Origin: Zygnema circumcarinatum SAG 698-1b
Lineage: Eukaryota; Plantae; Zygnematophyceae
Direction: 5' to 3'
DNA: 64,000 bases
Assembly (NCBI GenBank): GCA_037447605.1
Contig: CM074820.1
Location: 1,860,001-1,924,000, forward strand
Part shown: in pieces, positions 24,203-36,100 of the stretch
Position numbering within the stretch: the stretch's first letter is position 1
Layout: every line of letters begins with the position of its first letter
Translations under genes and position numbers: made by a program
The notes under the pieces: model-generated
Told to the model about the DNA's origin: nothing
The model's input: only the letters and a program-made list of their open reading frames with translations
Database searches by the model: none

Positions 24203-26449
24203 TCAAGAAAGAGTGCAGTCAGTCCCCGTACCTGACCAGCTGCTCTGAAAATCCCACGTCAGCAACTCTTGCTTTGAAATGACCCCTCCAGTAGCAGCAG
24301 TAAAGCCGACGTACGCGCTGGTCACGTCACGGCAATCGCCGCACAATCGCAAGATGTCGCACAGCGCCGCCTTGCGAGTGAGCAGCGGCGCGGACGGCTT
24401 CGAGGAAGCTTCGCTGCTTAGGTACACTCTCCAAAGCTTGGCCCCTCCGTCGTAGTCCACCCACGCGTGCAGGGCGGAAGTGAGGTTGGAAAGAAGAGGG
24501 CTTTCTTGAAGAGCGGCGGTTCGTTTGAAGTTTTCGCGTATGCCCACATGAGGGGCGGGCTCCCCCAAATCAATGTTCCCGAAAATGTCGAATGTTATGG
24601 CCACACTGCCCACTGCAAGAGGAGGAGTTCTGAGGTACGAGTACGCAAGAGAGCCGCCTGTCGATCTTCCAAAGTCGCTCATGTTCGCGTTTGAAGTGAG
24701 AAGGAAGAATGTGATGCCATCAGCTTTTCGATCACTCAGGCTAGAAATTCTGAAAGAGAATTTTGTACTGAATGAAGCCGCGTGGCATCCGAGATCGTCG
24801 TCCTTTACTAACTCGATTGGATTACGATAATATGCGATTCCAGTACGATACTTAAAATCGGGTGTTAGTTGCACCGTGGTCCCATCGACGATCACTGCAG
24901 AATACTGGCATATTACTTCGCTTGAGGGAAAGGTCCCATATGTGAAGTTAGCCGGGCTGGGAAGTACTGACACCACACAAAGAGAAAACCAGAGATGTTC
25001 ATCAACGTGCCGTGCAAGAAGATATGAATTGGAACTCTGTGTGTTGACTATTGCGCCTCGAACAGGATAGAACCACAATGATGCACAACTCAAGTTTCAA
25101 GCTACCAAAGCATGCACCGACCTAGTATGCTCTCATCCATAAGTGAGCTTAGATGCTTCACTCTCCACCGTTCACTACCGACTCAATTTCAGTGAACTTT
25201 CACGAAAGATCGGCTGAAAGTTAAGGTATGCCTCTTCAAAATGTCCATAAGCATTGCACAGGTCGGACCATTGGATCGGCAACCATTGGACAACCATTGG
25301 ATGGCAATGGTTGGACTTCCAATGCTTCGCAACCATTCGAATGGTTGTTTCGGTCCGGCGCCAATGGTCCAAAACCATTGGATCCAATGAATATTCGAAT
25401 GGACCCAATGGTTGACAATTATTGAAGTCAAGGTTGTCAACGGTTGGCAACCCACCAAACACACATTGGACCCAATCTTGAATCCGCCAATGGTTCCGGA
25501 CCATTCCAATGGTGGCAACCATTGGATCCAACGGTTCCGAACCATTCGGATGGTTGTCAACCATTGGATCGAATGGTTCGGAACCATTCGAATGGTTGTC
25601 AACCATTGGATCCAATGGTTCCGAACCATTCGAATGGTTGATCCAATGGCCCGACTTGTATTGTAATGGGACTCCCAGATGCGAGTTTCCATTATTCAAG
25701 AGGGATGTGAATCAGGACTTTATGAAAACTCGGCCTTAAGAATATTTCAGTTGTCAGTTCTAGGCAGCGAATCCATTCGTTTTAGCTACAAGACCGTAGT
25801 CTTTTACTAGTGACGATATCAAGTTATCAACAAGTGCAGAAACTCGGCAACACAAAGTCATCCTGAGCACTTTTTTCGAAAAAAGACTTACCAGAGAGCG
25901 AGCAGGAATTGTCCACCAACGTAGATCCTGCATCGCACACACATGTCAATGTGTCCATTGAACATGTTCCATGGCCCCCACATGCTCCTTTGGGCTGTTC
26001 GCTGTTACAGTTCCGCTGGCAGTCTGCCAAGCTCCTTTGTGGTTGGTCAGTTCCACACCCCAGTTTCGTGTCGTAGGAATAAATGCAGTTGCCAGCTGCA
26101 GAAGTGCAAAAAGGCCGGTTCAAACCAAACGTAATTTCCAGCGGACCAGATAAATAGTTTCTGTCGAAATAACTATACGGGCTGGAGACATGGAGCCTTA
26201 GAGGACCAGTGAAGTAGTTGTCTCGAAAGTCCCTGGTACAGCAAAGTAGGAGGGTGCGTAAGAACAAGGAAGTGAGGGAATTCGAATGTCATCTGGTCAT
26301 TCTCTTTCATTACATTCACAGCCCAAAGTGAAGCAATGGAGGATGCAAGTAGAATCAAATACAGCGTAAAAGAAAGCTTGTTGGCGTTAAGGAAGGTGAG
26401 CACGGACGAGATAAGAAGAAATTCCAACTCCCTTTGAGACTCCCTTGAG

Positions 26450-26536
<87 letters not shown>

Positions 26537-29500
26537 ACTCAAGGCTTAAGCAAAGGGACGTTTCCAACATGAATCCAAACTTGACTACAACTGATTTGGT
26601 GATTCCATTCACGTATTGACACTCTCCAATCCCTCCGAACACGGTGCCGGAAATGTCCTAAAAGCAATTTCGACATATCGTCACATCGCTCAAAGTGACG
26701 CAAAAATTGTTGAGGCAACCCACAATATACCGCTAAACCTCTACCGAATGACAAGCTGCTCTTAAGAAGTTTCATCAAAACTTCCGTTCAATAAGAAGCC
26801 AAAAAAGAAGGAACCATAGAAAGAGGTGCTTACAAAAATTCCAAGTTCTGCAGATTGCTCATCGACTCCGGAATGCGCCCACTGAGTTGATTATTGGCTA
26901 GAGATCTACCAATAAAGACGTGCAAGAACAATCAAAATGTGGCAAAACCGGTAATGAAAACATGCAGAAGTTAGAATTTGTCCAATTTGTTTCGCAGTAC
27001 ATTTTGCAGAAACAAGATAGGAAAAGAATAACAGTTTTCTGGTGCGGGGAAAGAACGGACGATTAGCAGCACACTGCTCAAAGGGAAACGAGAATGGCCT
27101 TGAGTAAACCCACAACAAACCGCCAACCATTTATGATACGAAGAATGTTCTTCCAGTAGTTTCATGAAATCTTGAGGTGAATAACAAGCCAAAGGAGAAG
27201 GAACCATAAAACATGGAACTTACAGCGTCTGAAGCCACTTTAGATTGCTGATCGAATCCGGAATGCTCCCACTGAGTTGATTGTCCTTTAGAAATCTACC
27301 AAATAACGACAGAGAAGACAGATTAACACGTGGCAAAACGGGCAATGGAAGTGTGCAAAAGTTGGAATCGGTACGTACTGCAATCCGCAGTGATTTTTAA
27401 AAAGCAATCTATTCTCATTGGGTAGATTAGACCTTAGGTGTCTACCAACAAAAGAGATGGAAGAATAGGGACTGATATGTCAAAGAACGAGCAATAGAGA
27501 TCTGCAGATTATAATTTATACACTGGATACAAGCTAAAGTCCAGCCACAGAACAAAAAGCATCAAACAACGAACAGTTATTCAGTAGTTTCATGAATCTT
27601 GAGGCGAATAGCGAGCCAAAGGTGAAGGAACTATATACATAACATGGTGCTTACAGCACTCGCATGTCATGTAGTTTGTTGATCGACTCCGGAATGCTCC
27701 CAGTGAGTTGATTGTTGTTTAGATACCTATCAAACAAAGAAATTGGAGACAAACCAACACGTGGAAAAAAGGGCAATGTAGGTGTGAAAAAGTAAGAACT
27801 GGTAGGCACTGCAACTCGCACTAAATTTTGCAAAGCAATCTACTCTCATTGAATAGATAAAACCTTAGTTGTCAACCAACTAAAGAGATGGAAGAATAGA
27901 TCAACACGTCGCAAAAACAAGCTATGTAGATGTTCAGATAAGTATTTATACACTGCAATTCGCAAAAAAATTCTGCAGAGGTCAGTGTCCTCGAGAGGTC
28001 TCATCAGATCTTGCGCCGAATCGCAGGCCAAAGACGAAGGAATCATACAAAATGGTACTTACATATCTCTCATTTTAGTTAGATTGCCGATCGACCCCGG
28101 AATGCTCCCACTGAGGTGATTGTTTTGTAGAAATCTAACAAACAAAGAGACTGAAGATAAATCAACAAGTGACATATATAACGGGAGATACAGGTGTGCA
28201 GAAGTTAGGGTCGATAGGCACTGCAATTCACAGAATGTTTTTGCAAGTTGAAATTTGAAATTTAGCAGCAGAACACCAAGTTTTAAACTAAAAACTTTGC
28301 TTCACAAATGTAATCAAATTTTGCGCAAAAAAAAGTCAAAGGAGAAAGGAATCATAAACTATTGTGCTTACAGCGCATCCAAATTACGTAGATTGCTGAT
28401 CGACTCCGGAATGCTCCCAGTGAGTTGATTGTTGCTCAAAAGTCTACCAAATAAAGACATTCAAGACAGATCAACCCGTGAGGTTAGAAAAGGTAGGCAC
28501 TGGAAGTCATAAAATCTTTTTTTGTAGATTCAAGATAAGGGATAATAAACGAGTCAAGATAATTAACCTAAATTGACTCAGGGAAGAGAATTGTGACAAT
28601 TAGGATCACGCTGCTCGAAGGGCCAACAGGACACCAAGCTTCAAACGGAGAACCTCACAGGTTTCATCAAATTTTGCGCCGAGTAACAAGTCAAAGAAGA
28701 AAGGAATCATAGAAAATGGTGCTTACAGTGTTTGTAATTTACGAAGATTACCGATCGACTCCGGAATTCTACCAGTGAATCGATTACCATCTAGCGGTCT
28801 ACCAAACAAGGACATGCAAGAATAGATCAGCACGTGGAAAAACGGGCAGTGTTGAAATATTTGTACAAAGTAATTCGCAGAAAATTTCGCAGCGCAAAGT
28901 TAACGAGACAATTAACGTTTCTGATGTAGAGCAAATAATAATAATAATTGGACACTCAATGTCATGCTGCTCAATGGGATACAAGCAATACTTTCAAAGG
29001 GACAGAGCACAAAGCCTCAAACGAAGAATTGTTCTTCACAGGTTTCCTCACATCTTGAGGCAAATAGCAAGCCAAAGGAGAGGGAACCATAGAACGTGTG
29101 CTTACAGCGCATACAAATTAGTTAAGTTGCCGATCGACTCTGGAATGCTTCCACTGAGTTGATTGAAGAATAGATATCTACCAAAAAAAGTGATTGACGA
29201 TAGATCAACAAGTGTGAAAGCGGGAAATATAGGTGTGCAGAAGTTAGAATTAGTAGGCACCGCAATTCACAAAAAAACTTGCAGAGTAAAAACTTTTAAA
29301 AAACTTAACGTTTCCTGACACAAGGAAGAGAACTGGGACAATTAAGATCACGCTGCTCGAAGAGATACAAACTATATTTAAGAAATACAGCAACATAACA
29401 CCAAGCTTCAAACAAAAACCTGTTCTCAAAAAGTTTCATCAAATCTTCCACCACAAGCTAAAGAAGAAGGAACCATACAAAATGGTGCTTACAAAAATTT

Positions 29501-31234
29501 CAATTTGTATAGACGACTGATCGACTCCGGAATGCTCCCATTGAGTTGATTACCGGATAGATATCTACCAAATAAAGTCATTGAAGGTAGGTCAACAAGT
29601 GAGAAAACGGGAAATGTAGGTTCAGGTGTTAGAATTGCTAGAAAGCTGCTCTGCTCCAAGAGCTTCAAGTTATAATTCAAGGAATACAAAAAAAAAAAAA
29701 CTAACTTTAAATGAAGAACTGTTCTCAAGAGGTTTCATCAAATCTTGCGCCGAATAACAAACAAAAGGAGAAGGAACCATACAAAATGGTGCTTACAAAT
29801 ATTCCAAGCTTTGTAGTTTGGTAATCGACTCCGGAATGCTCCCACTGAGTTGATTGTTGGACAAAGATCTGCCACACAAAGACATTGAAGACATCAACAC
29901 GTGGCGAAACGGGCAATAGAGGTCTGCAAAAGTTAGAATTGGTAGCGCGGCCATCAAAGCCGAGATAAGTAACAAATCATTGTTTGCATTTGATGAGGAG
30001 ACCAGATCTAAACTTGTTGTCCAAGCGTTTACAACACGAAGGGCTGCCCCTTCATCACCCCCCATCGAAAGAACGAGACGAGGGAAACTGGGCCATACAA
30101 CTCACGCTCTCCTCCAAAATTTACGTACCAAGAGGAAATGAACCAGTCAAATAGGCCATTTGGCTTACTTTCTTCCTAAGTCCCTAGGGCCTACCTCCCC
30201 TATCTGTCATAAAAACGTTCAGCTCTACGGTCACCCGTACGGACGGTCAGCACCCTCAGTACCGTCATACGGTTCTGACTCAAACTGCGAAAAATCAGAT
30301 CAGCAACTCATCGGCATTGCGCAATATCGTGTCATCATACGCTCAAAAAGACTAGAAGAAAATACAGAAAAAAATCGTCCGAAAAACAGCATCTACAGTG
30401 GTAAAAAAAAATGTCCTTACAATTCAACCACACGGCCATTGGCATTGCAAGTCACTCCTTGCCATTCCGTACAGGTGTTCAGATCCGCGGACCATGAGGC
30501 CATGTATGACCATGTCGGATACGTCCAGTTCCCGCTCACTTTCAGTTCCAAGAGAGCGCTCTCTGCGAGTGGAAAACACCAAGCAATGAACGGATTCACA
30601 TTTGAGATTGTGCAATTCATGAACCTCGTCTAGGCGAGGGTTCAGCGCGTGAAGACTTTGAAAATCGAAACGAGGTTTCAAGGTGATGGTACTCGCTACT
30701 TAGAGACTGACATCAAGAACTCAACATCACACAAATATTCCCATTGCATCCAATTTTCTTCCACTACTTCGCAAAGGCCAAATCCGTACAATCATATGAG
30801 CGATTTTCTCACTTCACGCTCCCCTTAGCTTCTCCTACAGATTCAGCCCTATTAACGTGATTCCTTATCACTACATCACCCTCTCCCTCTTCTGCATCTT
30901 TAAGCCCCCATGGCATCTCGATTGAACTCTCTTCACTTCTTCCTTGATCCCTCGTGGCCCCACTCTCAAAGCCCTCATGCTTCACCTGCTCAGACCTTCC
31001 CTTTTGCAGGCTAATCTTTCTTATCTCTGTGCCTCTGCGGCATCACACCCGAATCCGAAGTCCTGAACCCTAATTATTTAATCCAACACAAGGCTCAGGG
31101 TTCAGGAGAGACGCACTGTCTGCAGCGTTAATGAGTTGGCCCACGACTGCCGTGGGGGCGCAGACCCTCATGGCCGCCGCCATATACAGCGCACAAAGCG
31201 ACAAACTGCGCCGCTGCGCCATCGCCCGCTTCAT
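24203..31234 (-). CDS. Secreted LRR-EGF-like-legume (L-type) lectin protein, paralog A (9 single-LRR exons)
   Basis: Signal exon 31117-31234; LRRNT exon 30421-30562 (D-KSALLELK..W..CTEWQGVTC). 72-nt LRR exons 29797-29868, 29493-29564, 29106-29177, 28727-28798, 28372-28443, 28063-28134, 27655-27726, 27224-27295, 26834-26905. LRR-cap/EGF exon 25892-26232 (CGGHGTC..CVCDAG); lectin exon 24232-24966 (SFSTKFSF, ADGITF, VAITFD, HVGI, AWVDYDG, VGFTAATG). The exact C-terminus is uncertain (read-through stop at 24203). Confidence 0.85.
25258..25659. mobile_element. ~400-bp foldback/MITE-like insertion made of nested palindromes, in an intron of paralog A
   Basis: TIRs ACAGGTCGGACCATTGGATC / GATCCAATGGCCCGACTTGT; flanks ATTGC / ATTGT; absent at the homologous position of paralog B (~34670). 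Confidence 0.8.
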
Positions 31235-33188
31235 GACCACTTCTTGTCTGAATGCCTTCTCGCCGCTCTGTGCCCCAATATCTCGATCCTTATAGATCCC
31301 TTTCCTCTCCTTCTCTCAAATTATTTATCAATGTAGTCCTCCAAATCCAGGAGAGCTCCACTCTCACGCTCTCCCGTCCTGGTTGACTCCCTTTCTCACG
31401 CTCTCCCTCTCACTTCCCCACCCCTCTCCCTCTATCTCACCTCTCTCTCACTTGTCTCTTTCTACCCCTCCTCCCTCGGCCAACCGCTCCTCCCTCGCCC
31501 AACCCCTCCTCCCCTCCCTCTCCCTCTCTGCTTCGCCTCCTCTCCTGTTCTCGCCTCCTCCCTCCCTCTCCCTACCTCCTTCTCCTCCTCTCCTGTTCTC
31601 GCCTCCTCCCTCCCTCTCCCTCTCTGCTTCGACTCCTCTCCTGTTCTCGCCTCCTCCCTCCCTCTCCCTCTCTGCTTCGACTCCTCTCCTGTTCTCGCCT
31701 CCTCCCTCCCTCCTCCCGCGCGAAAACCGCTCCGCCGTGCCGCGCTGTATCCGGCGGATCCCTTTTCCCTCCGCGCTGCCTCGTCATCGAACTTGAATCA
31801 CTCTCCGCCGTTCGATGGAACACGACCCACGTGCGGATTTTTGCCACGTGTCAATTTTCTTTTTTTCGCTCGCCAAGTCAATGTTTGGGCCAACTGAGGT
31901 CAACGGTTGGACCAACTGTTGTCCGCTTTCACCAATCGCGCCGCCGCCTCACCTTCAAAGATGTACGGCTGCCGCGCTGGCTCGCAGCGGCCGACCGCGG
32001 TGACGGCGGTGACGGCGGTAACTGCGACGACGGCGGTCACCGCGGTGACTGCGGTGGCCGCCGCTCCACGGGAACTTCCGACTAAAGGACAACCAGACTC
32101 CACGTGGCCCATTGATATCTCGCCACGTGTTCTACTGCCTCCTTGACCGTTGGATGCAGGGGGCAGAAGGCGATCGGACGGCTCTCAACGACCGCAGTGG
32201 CGCATGGCCATTGGGTCCGCCCAACACCCCCATACATCTGCGGCCCATCTGTACTGATCCGTACGGTTCCGAATCCGCCCCGATCATCACAGAAACTTCA
32301 AAAGTGAGGCGAGCCGCGAGACCTTTGTAGCTGACCTCAGGCGATAGAACATGCAATCATGAACATGCACGAGACAATTTCTGTGCAGTTTGTTGCAACA
32401 CGTTCTCGTTGCAATGTCCACAATGCGATTCAACATTGGTCCAGAGACAAGCATTAGTCCACGTGTTAAGAGACCCAACCGAAACAAGACCAATGGGGCA
32501 GCACACATGCAACACAAGACATGGCAAAGAAACTCACTTTTCCAAACATAAAGATGCTGATGATGGCCAACAAACCGAAATTCAAAACTAATGGCTTGGA
32601 AAACATGGAATTCAACATGTCTTCCAATCCTGATGCATTCGCTATGCGTGAGGGCTTGCATGTGTAGGCCCCTCCCTCCATCATTATGCCATAGATGCTC
32701 ATGTGCACAAGGACTATTGTTGTATCGGAACCTGAAAAGTAGACGATTAGAACCTCCCTGTGGTAGACTGTGCATGGACATCATCTGCTGATGACCCATG
32801 GCCATGGCTGGGGGCACATGTGACTCATGCGTGCCTAACGAGGTACATGGGTCTCATGACTAGTTCCAATTGCAATTTCTTTAAAGCGCAGCTCCGCCTA
32901 TCCTTTAAAAAGGTGCGCTGAAAACGCTACACTCACTACGCACGTCTTCCCTTTTAGGGCATGTCCATATTTAACTGCCGCCTCTTCAAACCTTTTGCAA
33001 TGATAGGGTTAAAATCAATGTGACAGATTTCTCTCCTCACAGTCTGCCATTACGCCCCAATCCATCGCTTCAAGGAACACCTGAAAGGCAACGAAGCGAA
33101 CAGAGTTGGAGAAAAGCGTACGGAGGCAAAAGGTGCAGGACTAAAGACGGTTGTTGAGTAAAAGATGGAAAGCATAGCAGGGTGAAGG

Positions 33189-36100
33189 TCAAGCTTGAAC
33201 AATAGTTGCGTCTGGATTCGACATGAAGGACATTTAAGTTGACAAGGAAGGAGGTCTGAGAATAAAACTTCGTTAAATGCTGGGCAATACGCTGGAGTTA
33301 ACTCACACTGCAAGCGTCAATCATTGAACTTGCTGTTTCAGTGTTTTCCAAGGCCTAAGCCGAGAATGACCGCCAAGTGAGGGGACCCCTTCTGGGATTA
33401 CATTGTTTACTTATACCTTTATCCTCACAGAGGGGCGGCGAATGGGTTTAGAGTTTAATCATGATCGGTACATTCAATCACGGGACAGTGGTCCCACAAC
33501 TCGATATGTTTCGAACAATGTTTTGCCTCAAGAAAGAGTGCAGTCGTCCCCGTACCTGACCAGCTGCTCTGAAAGTCCCACGTCAGCACCTCTTGCTTTG
33601 AAATGACCCCTCCAGTCGCCGCGCTAAACCCGATGTACGCGCTTGTCACGTCACGGCACTCGCCGCACAATCGCAGGACGTCGCACAGCGCCGCCTTGCG
33701 AGTGAGCAGCGGCGCGGACGGCTTCGAGGAAGCTTCGCTGTTTAGGTACACTCTCCAGAGCTTGGCCCCTCCGTCGTAGTCCACCCACGCGTGCAGGGCG
33801 GAAGTGAGGTTGGAAAGAAGAGGGCTTTCTTGAAGAGCGGCGGTTCGTTTGAAGTTTTCGCGTATGCCCACATGAGGGGCGGGCTCCCCCAAATCAACGT
33901 TCCCGAAAGTGTCGAATGTTATGGCCACACTGCCCACTGCAAGAGGAGGAGTTCTGAGGTACGAGTACGCAAGAGTGCCGCCTGTCGATCTTCCAAAGTC
34001 GCTCATGTTCGCGTTTGAAGAGAGAAGGAAAAATGTGATGCCATCAGCGATCCGAGCACTCAGGCTAGAAATTTGAAATGAGAACTTTGTGCTGAATGAA
34101 GCCGCGTGGCATCCGAGAACGTCGTCCTTTAATAACTCGATTGGATCTCGATAATATGCAACTCCAGTATGATATTTAAAATCGGGTGTTAGTTGCAATG
34201 TTGTCTCGTTAAGGATCACTGCAGAATACTGGCATATTACTTCACTTGAAGGAAAGGTCCGATATGAGAAATTAACCGGGCTGGGAAGGACTGACCACCA
34301 CACAACGAGACAACGAGACATTCATCAACGTGCCGTGCGAGAAGATATGAATTGAAAAAAGTGCTTTTTCTCTAGCGCCTCAAAAAGGCTTGAATCACAC
34401 TGATGCATAGCTAAAGTTTCAAGCTACTATGAAAAAACAACCTCAATTGGCAAAAGATTATTTTGAACAAAGGGGACCCAAGATTGGGACGTATTGTCAT
34501 ATTGAGAGATAAAGAGGACCTATAAATCATGCACCGATTCAGTATGCTTCAATCCATAAGTGAGCTTAGAAGGTACACTGTTCGCCGTTTAGTATCGACT
34601 CGAGTTCAGTTAACTTTCGAGAAAGTTTTAATGATAGTCAGGATATGTCTCTTCAAAATGTCCACAGGGATTGTAATGGGACTTCAAGGTGTGAGTTTCC
34701 ATTCTATTCAAAAGCAATGTGGATGAGGTCATTATGGAAGTTCTGCTTTTAGATTATTTCCTCTCATACTTCTTGGGCAGCGCATCCATTCGTTTAGCTA
34801 CAAGGCAAAAAACTTCTACAATGAAACGTACAAGTGACGATATCGAGTTATCAACACGTGCAGACAATAACCGACAGACTTAATATTCATTCTGAGCAAG
34901 TTTCGTGAGAAAGACTTACCAGAACGAAAGCAGGAATTATTCACTAACGTATATCCTGTATCGCACATACATGTAAATGTGTCCACTGAACATGTTCCGT
35001 GGCCTCCGCATGCTCCTTTGGGCTGTTCGCTGTTACAGAACTGCTGGCAGTCTGCCAAGTATTTTTGTCCTTGGTCATATTCACACCCCAGTTTGGTGTC
35101 GTAGGAATAAATGCAGTTGTCATAAGCACGTGCGCACACTTTCCGGCCAGATCTATCCGTAATTTCCACAGGACCAGACAAATAATTATCGCCGAGACCA
35201 ATCACCAGGGCTGAAACTTGAAGCCTTAGAGAACCAGTAAGGTAGTTGTCTCTCAAATCCCTGGTGCAGCAAATTAGGAAGGTGCATAAGATCAAGTGAG
35301 CGAATTCGACTGTCATCTGATCATCCTTCTTTATTTCACTCACTGCCCAACGTGAGGATAGCATCAAGGGTTGCAATGAAATTCAAGAACGGGCTTACAC
35401 GAATGCTAGTCGGCATTAAGAAAAAGGGGACGGACGAGATGAGAAGAAAACCGTTTGAGACTCCGTTAACTCGAGACTTAAGCTAACAGGCGTTTCCAAC
35501 ATGAACATGAATCCATACATGCCTACAACTGACATGGTTATGCCATGTTACGTTATGTTATTTAGCAACTTGCTTCTGAGAGTATAGCACAACTGATTTC
35601 CAAAATCGATGCGCACTACTTTTTAAAGTTTTTTGGTATGCTTTGAATCCATCCGAACACGGGGCCGGTGTTGTCCTACAAGCAATTTCGTCAAACCTTG
35701 AGTCGAACAACAAGCCAACAAAAAAGAAAAAGAAGAAGACGGAAAGGAAAACAATCAACGTTTCCTGATACAGGGAAACGAAAGGTCGATTAACATCCCG
35801 CCGTTCAGAGTAACGCAAAAATATTTGAGGGAACCCACCACAAACCGCTAAGCCTCTACAAAATGACAAGCTGTTCGTAAGAAGTTTCAGAAAATCTGAC
35901 CTGAATAACAAAAGAAACAGAAAAGGAATCATTGGAAGTGGCGCTTACAGCCATTGCAAATTCTGCAGATTGCTGATCGACTCCGGAATGCTCCTAGTGA
36001 TTCGATTGTGGGTCAGAGATCTGTCAATCAAAGACGTGCAAGAACAAATGAATACGCGGCAAACCGATAGTCAAAATATGCAGAAATTAGAATTGGTACT

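Noticed and set aside
25500-25650. CRISPR-like array
   Set aside because: The units are contiguous with no unique spacers, no cas genes are present, and the context is a eukaryotic intron; better explained as a foldback element.
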